This document shows positions 47,731-54,973 of a DNA stretch of 54,973 nt, one piece after another (the stretch's first letter is position 1; each line of letters begins with the position of its first letter). The position numbers were made by a program, and so were the translations under genes. The notes below the pieces were generated by a model. It worked only from the letters and a program-made list of their open reading frames with translations. It was not told where the DNA came from and searched no databases. Origin of the DNA: Promethearchaeota archaeon (GTDB taxonomy: Archaea > Asgardarchaeota > Lokiarchaeia > Sigyniarchaeales > SOKP01); contig JBHLMP010000021.1 of NCBI GenBank assembly GCA_048938025.1, forward strand, positions 1 to 54,973, in the 5' to 3' direction.

Positions 47731-48627
47731 TTAATTAAATACTTTTTTTTTCTCTCTAATAAATTGATCTACATCAAATGGAATCTTTTCACCTGTATCT
47801 ACCACTCTTCTTATTGCTAGTTTTTTGCTCTCTTCAATAGCTTTTTGGACCGGTTGATATTTTCTAGCAGGATTTCCAAAATAAATCCAATCAGGATCCA
47901 AGATTTGATTGATATGAGTAACTGTCCACACGCCTAATGTTGTTCCTTTACAAACAATAGTACCGGGAGTAACGATACAATTTGCTCCAAGTACAACATG
48001 ATCTCCTATAACTACTTTTTTAATTAAAAGATAGTCTAAATTATCTATTCTAATAATTATACTTGAAAAAATTTGGGCTCCTTGTCCAATCATTATATTG
48101 TTTCCAAAATCTATAAATTCAACATCACTCCAACCATCAAACATGGTACTTTTAAAGTCTGCTCTCATATCACACATCTTGAAAGCAAAATTACTAACCC
48201 AAGGAAAACAGAAATTATTCCAAATCCAAAAGATGTATTTTTTCACAGTTACTCTTAAACAAAAGTAATGATAATCTCTATTATGCTTATCCACTTTAAA
48301 AAGCCCTTCTTTAGGTTTATGAATTAATTTTAGGATTATTAAAATAAGCTTGCCAAAGAGTAAACTAATAAGAATATATATTCCCCACCATACAAAAATA
48401 TCAACACCTATGACTAAAATACGCCAGTGTAGGAAATTTGAATCCATTGCAAAGCTATAGAAAGTTAAAATCAGCACTGATGGCATTATAAAAGATAAAA
48501 TATGCAATACTAAGAATAGAATTATTGCTATAAAATCCCAAGTAAAAGCATTTGTATTTATAGGGATTTTTGTTATATCGATCGAATTAATATTTTCAAT
48601 TTTTGAGTTTGTAATTTCATTCGCCAT
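47731..48627 (-). CDS. Membrane protein with one left-handed beta-helix (hexapeptide) acyltransferase domain
   Basis: Two TM segments, HKPKEGLF, IDFGNNIMIGQGAQI, VVIGDHVVLGANCIVTPG, GNPAR; ATG 48627 follows GGAGGAG. Confidence 0.85.
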   Translation of the reverse strand: MANEITNSKIENINSIDITKIPINTNAFTWDFIAIILFLVLHILSFIMPSVLILTFYSFAMDSNFLHWRILVIGVDIFVWWGIYILISLLFGKLILIILKLIHKPKEGLFKVDKHNRDYHYFCLRVTVKKYIFWIWNNFCFPWVSNFAFKMCDMRADFKSTMFDGWSDVEFIDFGNNIMIGQGAQIFSSIIIRIDNLDYLLIKKVVIGDHVVLGANCIVTPGTIVCKGTTLGVWTVTHINQILDPDWIYFGNPARKYQPVQKAIEESKKLAIRRVVDTGEKIPFDVDQFIREKKKVFN

Positions 48628-50077
48628 GGTATTCTCCTCCAAAAATTTTACTAATTTCGTTTTTATCAAGTTTTTTAGCAGGAAATCCCCCGTATATTCC
48701 ATTGTTTCCAAGTTTATCATATTTTATTGTCGCACACATTGGTAATATAGTTGAATTATTTCCCATTTCCAATCCGGGTAGTGCCCCATTTGAAGCACTT
48801 AAAACACAATTATTGCAAACCTTCGCTCCAAAAAAAGTTAAATTCTCCTCTCCATATACACCATCAACTACATGATTAGTAATATGAGTAAAGGTCCCCA
48901 TATAACAATTCTTCCCAAATTTGATATGACTATGGAAGAAAGTCTCCTCAAAGATTGTATTTTTTTTAACTTGGTTGGATCCTATAAAATTTAATTCCCA
49001 ATTTATTAACCAAGGAAATGGGGAACGCATAAACGCAAAAATAGGATATTTGAATAAGAAGGATCCAAAATGATAATAATCTAAGACGGTAGAAGATTCA
49101 TCTAAGTTTCGATCATAAACACCTTGTTCTGGTCCCCTTTTATCTGCTAATTTATAAAACCACTTTGTAAATAGAGCCACAAAAAATAAATGAAATAAAT
49201 AAATTCCGATTATTATTAAAGGTGTTAATAATAATATAATAAGGTTTAAACTCAAATATGATTCTACTGACAAAGCTGTTGATAAGGTATTTGGAATTAA
49301 AAATACAAAGAGAAATAAAATAAATAAAAATCCAGGGATTATAAAAGAACATCCTATAATAATCCAGCCAGTAATAACGTAAAAATGAAATGGTACCGAT
49401 AATTCTTTAACATGTGCTCTTAAAAATTCTTCATTAACCTCTTGTTCGAATTCTTTTTCGAAAATGGAGGTTTTAAGTGCATCTAAATTATTGTTTGATT
49501 TACTTTTTTCAATCTTTTTGGCAGGTACACCGCAATATATTGAATCTCTTTCAAGATATTGATTCATAGTCGTCATAGATATTACGTCAAGAATAGTATT
49601 TTGTTCTATTATAGTTCCTGGCAAAACAACAGCATGAGCACCAATAATTACATTATCTTTAATTATTACCTTTTTTATTATTAATTTATCTTGAACAATT
49701 ATGTTAGACATTATAAGACTGCCTTGTCCGATTTTAATATTTTTACCAAATTCAACAAATTCACAATCAACCCATCCTTCATTTAAGGAATTAGAAAAAG
49801 AGGTTTTAACCCCTAAAATTTTGAATGCTATCATTTCGAATAAGGGTAACGATAATTGACGAGCCAACCATACAGGCCATTTTTTTATTACAGATCTTAG
49901 ACTCCAATAACAATAGTCTTTATCTAATTTAGTTCTATTAAATATTCCTTCTTTAGGTTTATGTAATAAATTTACAAAAGATACAACAACTTTAGCAACT
50001 ATAATAGAACTCAAAATTAAAAGAATAATACCTAAGAAAAAAACTAAAGGAAAAAGTACATAAAACATTAATTCCAT
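48617..50077 (-). CDS. Membrane protein with two LbH acyltransferase domains
   Basis: HKPKEGIF...FGKNIKIGQGS...GVPAK, TM pair, GPEQGVY...FGKNCYMG...GFPAK; frame stays open upstream to 50239. Confidence 0.85.
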   Translation of the reverse strand: MELMFYVLFPLVFFLGIILLILSSIIVAKVVVSFVNLLHKPKEGIFNRTKLDKDYCYWSLRSVIKKWPVWLARQLSLPLFEMIAFKILGVKTSFSNSLNEGWVDCEFVEFGKNIKIGQGSLIMSNIIVQDKLIIKKVIIKDNVIIGAHAVVLPGTIIEQNTILDVISMTTMNQYLERDSIYCGVPAKKIEKSKSNNNLDALKTSIFEKEFEQEVNEEFLRAHVKELSVPFHFYVITGWIIIGCSFIIPGFLFILFLFVFLIPNTLSTALSVESYLSLNLIILLLTPLIIIGIYLFHLFFVALFTKWFYKLADKRGPEQGVYDRNLDESSTVLDYYHFGSFLFKYPIFAFMRSPFPWLINWELNFIGSNQVKKNTIFEETFFHSHIKFGKNCYMGTFTHITNHVVDGVYGEENLTFFGAKVCNNCVLSASNGALPGLEMGNNSTILPMCATIKYDKLGNNGIYGGFPAKKLDKNEISKIFGGEYHGE

Positions 50078-50465
50078 TTTGGGAAAATGCTGCCAGAAAT
50101 ACCAGATCCATAAAATTGATGGTTGAGCGCTTAAACTTATAACTATAAAATATAAAATTAAGTATCTTTTTTTAGCTAAGGTATTTGTTGTTCTTGGTCC
50201 TTCTCGTAATGATGCTGGAATAGAAATCTTAGATTCACTTCACTTTTAAGTGTGGTCTGGTATAAATATTAAAAATAAAGAAAGAACAGTAGTTAAATCT
50301 TTTTGTCAAAGATTCGATATTAAGGAGAATTGAATTTTTTATTTTTTTCTCGAAATAATTGTAAAAAATTGATTGAAAAAAGCATTTTTAAAGAAAATTG
50401 AAATACAATTTACTATTATTTCATATAAATTTTCATATTGTAAATTTCATGAGGTTAAAATAAGA

Positions 50466-51995
50466 ATGATTGAACCATTTTTTTGGTGGACAGATGAACA
50501 AAAGGAAGTGGCTAAAAGAGTTTCACAGTTTGTTGAAGATAAATATGAAGAAGCTGAAAAGTATTTTTGGAATACAAAATTTCCTTGGCCCTTAGTGAAA
50601 AAAGTAGCCGAAGAGGGTTATTTTGGAGCAGGTGTTCCTAAAAAGTATGGGGGTTTAGAATTGGGTGCTACTGGAGGTTGCATTGTAGCTGAACAATTGG
50701 GACGTCTATATGCAGTGGGACATGTATTTACAGTGAGTATGTTAGCTGGTTTGGAACAGATGTTAAGATTTGGAAATGAAGATCAGAAGGAAAAATGGCT
50801 TCCAAAAATCGCTAGTGGAGAGGAATTAGGGGCGCTGTGTATAACTGAACCTTTTGCAGGATCTGATGCTGCAAATATTTTTACCACCGCAGAAAAAGAT
50901 GGAGATGAGTGGATTTTAAATGGTAAAAAACGATTTATTACAGGCGCTGGTGTTTCGAATAGATATTTCATATATGCAAAAACAAGTGATGATCTCACAG
51001 TTCGTAAGCAATACGGGCATTTAACTTCTTTTATCGTAGAAAAAGGGAGACCTGGGTTTACACTTGAAAAAATTAATCCATTAATTGGATTTGATAACGT
51101 ACCAAATGGATATATTGACTTTGAAAATGTAAGAATACCAGATGAGAATCGTATAGGAGCTGTAGGCAAAGGGTGGAATGTCATGATGGCAGGATTGAAT
51201 TTTGAAAGATTAATTGGTGCCACTGTGTTTGGAGGTTTATTCGAAGACCTCATTTCAATACTCTTTTATTATACGAAACGTCGAGTACAATTTAGGAGAG
51301 CTACGATTCAGTTTCCTGGAATTCAGAATGAGATTGCAGATATTATCGCGAAAGCAAAATTAGCTAGATTGTATTCCTACCACTGTGCCAAATTAATAGA
51401 TGATGGCAAAGAGCCTATGATTGAAGCATCCATTGCAAAAATGGTAAGTACCGAATTTGTTCGAGATGTTGGGATTAAAGCAATTCAAGTTCTTGGTGGA
51501 GATGGTCTCACACGATTCCTTCCAGTAGAAAGAATCTTAAGAGAATCTAAAATAGGAGAAATAGCAGCAGGAACAACAGAAGTTCAAAAAATGATTATTT
51601 ATAGGTTCTCTTCAATGTTACCAATTTATAATAAACATATAAGATTAAGATGGAATAATGAAGTAAATGCTCCCATAATTTCTAAAAGAGAGTCTAAATT
51701 TAAGGGATTAGATGTAACCGAGGAAAATGTTTTAAAAGTCATTGCTCACGATTATAAAGTTAATCCGGGAATATATATGACTCCTGAAGATGTTAGAGAG
51801 GATATAGGTGGAAGCCGTTCGGCAATAAAAAATATATTTGAATCCTTAGAGAAACAAAAACTAATTGTTACCCATCGAGATCGTCAAGGTAAGATTGTTT
51901 TAGTGAAAGCAACTTATCTTGGTTTACAAAAAGCATTTCCTAAAGAATATTACCAATGGTTTCCAGAGTGGTATGATGATTCAGATAAGTTTTAA
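50466..51995 (+). CDS. Acyl-CoA dehydrogenase with C-terminal winged-helix extension
   Basis: CITEPFAGSD, LNGKKRFITG, RVQF, IQVLGGDG, GTTEVQK; start ATG 50466. Confidence 0.92.
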   Translation: MIEPFFWWTDEQKEVAKRVSQFVEDKYEEAEKYFWNTKFPWPLVKKVAEEGYFGAGVPKKYGGLELGATGGCIVAEQLGRLYAVGHVFTVSMLAGLEQMLRFGNEDQKEKWLPKIASGEELGALCITEPFAGSDAANIFTTAEKDGDEWILNGKKRFITGAGVSNRYFIYAKTSDDLTVRKQYGHLTSFIVEKGRPGFTLEKINPLIGFDNVPNGYIDFENVRIPDENRIGAVGKGWNVMMAGLNFERLIGATVFGGLFEDLISILFYYTKRRVQFRRATIQFPGIQNEIADIIAKAKLARLYSYHCAKLIDDGKEPMIEASIAKMVSTEFVRDVGIKAIQVLGGDGLTRFLPVERILRESKIGEIAAGTTEVQKMIIYRFSSMLPIYNKHIRLRWNNEVNAPIISKRESKFKGLDVTEENVLKVIAHDYKVNPGIYMTPEDVREDIGGSRSAIKNIFESLEKQKLIVTHRDRQGKIVLVKATYLGLQKAFPKEYYQWFPEWYDDSDKF

Positions 51996-52032
51996 ATAGC
52001 TTGTTTTTATTTTCTTTTCTTTTTCCTTTTAG

Positions 52033-52386
52033 TTATTCAATTTCAAAATCCTTAATCATATCAACCCTTTTATCTATATCAAGAGTGATTGCTATAAGCT
52101 TTGGATTTTCGTCATCCTCATCTTCAGGATCATACATTACAAAGTAAAAAATGTTACCTTCACTATCAAATCCAACTTCCATTTCACCAACTTCTGGTAA
52201 TATCTTTTTAATATTATCTGGTGCATTATCTTTAAGTATATTAAATATAGAATCTTCAAGTTTTTTCTGTTTTTTTCTTATTTCCTTAATTTTAGAGAAA
52301 TCAAATTGTCCAAGGGATTCTTGAGCTTGGTTATTTAAATCATTCCATTCTTGGAACATACTTTTTAAACTAAGTTCAGATGTCAT
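52033..52386 (-). CDS. Hypothetical acidic protein
   Basis: 117-aa ORF. Confidence 0.7.
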   Translation of the reverse strand: MTSELSLKSMFQEWNDLNNQAQESLGQFDFSKIKEIRKKQKKLEDSIFNILKDNAPDNIKKILPEVGEMEVGFDSEGNIFYFVMYDPEDEDDENPKLIAITLDIDKRVDMIKDFEIE

Positions 52387-52495
52387 AAGAACTTATTTCA
52401 TTTGATAAAAATAAAACTTGTTATTATCAAGGGAATAAATATTAATTGAATATTCTTTATTAGATTATTGAATCTTAAATTGAAGGTGTTAAAAA

Positions 52496-53068
52496 ATGGC
52501 AATCCAACTTCCAAAGCCAAATTTAAGGGGTACTAAAAGTCTTGAAGAATGTATTTTTGAACGGGAGAGTGTTAGAAGTTATAAATCTAAACCTATCGAA
52601 ATTGAGAAGATTTCTCAAATTCTATGGGCAGCACAAGGAAAAAAAGGATTTAAAAGAACAGTACCATCTGCTGGAGCTACATATCCTTTAGAGATTTATG
52701 TAACAATAAAAGATAAAGGTTTTTTTCATTATGATGTAGATAAGCATTCTTTAAAATTAGTAACTGACGAAAAATTAGAAGAAAGACTTTCTGGTGCTTC
52801 TTGGGATCAAGAATTTATCGCTGAGGCTTACTTAAATATAATAATATGTGCTGAATTCTCAAGAACTACTGAGAGTTATCGTCAAAGAGGGATTAGATAT
52901 GTATATATCGAAGTTGGTCATTGTGCTCAAAACGTTCATTTAGAGGCTGTTGCCTTAGGTTTAGCCTCAGTGCCGATAGGAGCGTATGAAGATGACAGAG
53001 TTAAAAAACTGTTAGCACTTCCAAAAAAGATTGAGCCTCTCTATATTATTCCTATTGGTTATCCATAA
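52496..53068 (+). CDS. SagB/ThcOx-family nitroreductase-like protein
   Basis: RESVRSY, RTVPSAGATYPLEIY, EVGHCAQNVHL. Confidence 0.92.
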   Translation: MAIQLPKPNLRGTKSLEECIFERESVRSYKSKPIEIEKISQILWAAQGKKGFKRTVPSAGATYPLEIYVTIKDKGFFHYDVDKHSLKLVTDEKLEERLSGASWDQEFIAEAYLNIIICAEFSRTTESYRQRGIRYVYIEVGHCAQNVHLEAVALGLASVPIGAYEDDRVKKLLALPKKIEPLYIIPIGYP

Positions 53069-53119
53069 TTATTTTTAATAAAGAATTTATATAAGAATAA
53101 CAGAGAAAGATACTATTTA

Positions 53120-53929
53120 ATGCTAAACAGCGATACCAAAATAGAAACTAAAATTTTGAATAATATCATCTATTATATAGTTATTTTTTTTATTTTCTTA
53201 TTTTGGTTCTTTTATTCTACTTATGACAATATCTCTATTCTAATTTTAATCTGTTTTTCTATGTTATCCCTAATGATATACTCATTAATTAAAAATCTAA
53301 GGAAAGGCATGGAATTAGAAACCAAAATTTTTCATATTTTATTACTTTTCATTCCAATTACTTTTCTTTTAGATATAATTTATTTTTATGACCCATTTAC
53401 TCCTCCTTTTTTAATTCCCTTTTATGATTTAATAGGTATTAAACATCAATATAGCCTCTTTTTAATCCTACTATTATTTTCACTAATTTTTCTAAAATTA
53501 ATAGGTGTTAAAATCTATTTTTCGATAAGTATGAAAATTAATACAGATTGGAAGGGAGATGAGATATTTGAATTTTTTGCTCATAATATAACCAACAAGA
53601 AAATAATTCTTTTAATAATTCTGTTTCCTCTTGGAGCCTTTGTGGAGGAATTTATTTACCGATGTTTATTTTTAAGTGTTTTGATTTATTCCCTTAATTG
53701 GAATCTTGTATTTAGCATATTTTTTATTTCAGGTCTATTTGGAATAGTTCATTATTCGGCTTCGAAAAATCTGGGCCATGTGCTTTCTACGCTAATATCA
53801 TCTTTAATTTATTTTTATGCATTAATTAATTTAGGGTTATTATATCCTTGGATATTTCATTTCATGACAAACCTGTTAGTTGTATTGTTTTATGTCCAAA
53901 ATAAAAAGAAAAAGTTAAATCTAGAATAA
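53120..53929 (+). CDS. CPBP-family intramembrane protease
   Basis: VEEFIYR, FGIVH, FHFMTN; multiple TM segments. Confidence 0.82.
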   Translation: MLNSDTKIETKILNNIIYYIVIFFIFLFWFFYSTYDNISILILICFSMLSLMIYSLIKNLRKGMELETKIFHILLLFIPITFLLDIIYFYDPFTPPFLIPFYDLIGIKHQYSLFLILLLFSLIFLKLIGVKIYFSISMKINTDWKGDEIFEFFAHNITNKKIILLIILFPLGAFVEEFIYRCLFLSVLIYSLNWNLVFSIFFISGLFGIVHYSASKNLGHVLSTLISSLIYFYALINLGLLYPWIFHFMTNLLVVLFYVQNKKKKLNLE

Positions 53930-53936
53930 TAAAATT

Positions 53937-54973
53937 TTAATGTCCCATTGAGTTCATCACTGGATAATTCCAGATTTTTATAGTTTTATCGTTTGATCCA
54001 CTGACGATATATTTTCCATCAGGAGAGATGGCAATTGAATCTACTTCTCTTCTGTGCCCTTTGATTGTTTCCACCAATGCACCAGTTGCTAAATCCCATA
54101 TTTTTAGTTCCTTATCAAATGAGCTGCTAACCACATATTTACCATCTGGAGAAATTGCTACAGATAAAACATAAAAAGTATGCCCTTTGAGAGTTCGAAT
54201 TAGCTCACCAGTGGAAAATTCCCATACTTTCACAGTTTTATCATTCGAACCACTAACGATATATTGTCCATCAGGAGAAACCACCACTGAGGTAATAAAT
54301 TTTTTATGTCCATCTATCGTTCTTATAATTTTACCACTATTGAGTTCCCAAATTTTTATAGTTTTGTCATTCGATCCACTAACTACGTAATTACTATCAG
54401 GAGAAATGGCGATTGAGCTAATTTCTTTTCCATGCCCCTCGAGCGTTCTCACGAGTTCGCCAGTTGTAAAATCCCATATTTTAATTTCCTTATCAAATGA
54501 GCTGCTGACTACATAATTACCATCTGGAGAAATAGCTACAGATAAAACATAAAAAGTATGCCCTTTGAGAGTTCGAATTAGCTGTCCTGTGGAAAATTCC
54601 CATACTTTCACTGTTTTATCATTTGATCCACTGATTATGTATCTTCCATCAGAAGAAATAACCACCGAATTTACGTATTTTTTATGTCCTTCGAGAGTTC
54701 TTACAAGCTTACCTGTATGTAATTCCCAAATTTTTATTGTATTGTCTTTTGAACCACTCACAATGTATTTACCACTTGGAGAAAACGCCACCGAAGCCAC
54801 ACCCTTTCCATGCCCTTCAAAAACCCTAGCAACTTTGCCTATTATTAGTTTTTCTATAGGTACTTCTTCTTCTACTTCCTCTGGGGGGATAGGTTCAGGT
54901 ACAACTTTAGGTGGTACTACTTCTTCTTCTACCTCCGCTGGGGGGATAGGTTCAGGTACAACTTTAGGTGGTA
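53937..54973 (-). CDS. WD40 beta-propeller protein (7 repeats) with N-terminal P/E/V/K-rich repeats; 5' end outside the window
   Basis: GH...V.SVAISPDG.YIVSGS.DKTIKIW repeats; frame is open from the window edge, so GTG 54800 is not the true start. Confidence 0.93.
   Translation of the reverse strand, partial: PPKVVPEPIPPAEVEEEVVPPKVVPEPIPPEEVEEEVPIEKLIIGKVARVFEGHGKGVASVAFSPSGKYIVSGSKDNTIKIWELHTGKLVRTLEGHKKYVNSVVISSDGRYIISGSNDKTVKVWEFSTGQLIRTLKGHTFYVLSVAISPDGNYVVSSSFDKEIKIWDFTTGELVRTLEGHGKEISSIAISPDSNYVVSGSNDKTIKIWELNSGKIIRTIDGHKKFITSVVVSPDGQYIVSGSNDKTVKVWEFSTGELIRTLKGHTFYVLSVAISPDGKYVVSSSFDKELKIWDLATGALVETIKGHRREVDSIAISPDGKYIVSGSNDKTIKIWNYPVMNSMGH
54861..54973 (-). repeat. 57-bp tandem repeat encoding VPPKVVPEPIPP(A/E)EVEEEV
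   Basis: acaactttaggtggta occurs at 54901 and 54958; two copies are visible before the edge. Confidence 0.9.

Noticed and set aside
50240-50242. TGA as selenocysteine readthrough
   Set aside because: An in-frame TAA lies two codons further upstream, so readthrough gives no start
52496-53929. RiPP (azole peptide) cluster from SagB-like plus CPBP genes
   Set aside because: No YcaO or precursor peptide; stand-alone SagB-like nitroreductases are common in archaea
54861-54973. CRISPR-like repeat
   Set aside because: The units are contiguous, in-frame and have no spacers

Overview
AT-rich, gene-dense archaeal DNA, most likely from an Asgard archaeon (Lokiarchaeia-like). This is inferred from a divergent actin, two small GTPases with extra domains, longin-like and RING proteins, IPGY-type C-terminal sorting signals and GGTGA Shine-Dalgarno sites. 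About 57 CDSs are present: housekeeping and metabolic genes (purD, type IA topoisomerase, trmJ, gpmA, hxlB/phi, M32 carboxypeptidase, acyl-CoA ligase and dehydrogenase) mixed with eukaryotic-signature and lineage-specific proteins. I recognised no rRNA, tRNA, CRISPR array or transposase. The best candidate for an undescribed system is at 8248-10283. A protein with a helical N-terminus, a long proline-rich tract and a C-terminal WH2/VASP-like helix ending in LKK lies directly upstream of an actin-related protein that has altered catalytic residues and has lost its hydrophobic plug. This resembles a nucleation-promoting-factor/Arp pair. Other highlights: a recent tandem duplication of a surface protein with hypervariable patches, a longin-pseudoGTPase cluster, probable AUA/AUC start codons, a PEVK-like repeat-WD40 protein, a three-LbH membrane acyltransferase pair and an operator-like palindrome next to an RHH regulator. 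All family calls come from motifs read by eye; no database searches were run.
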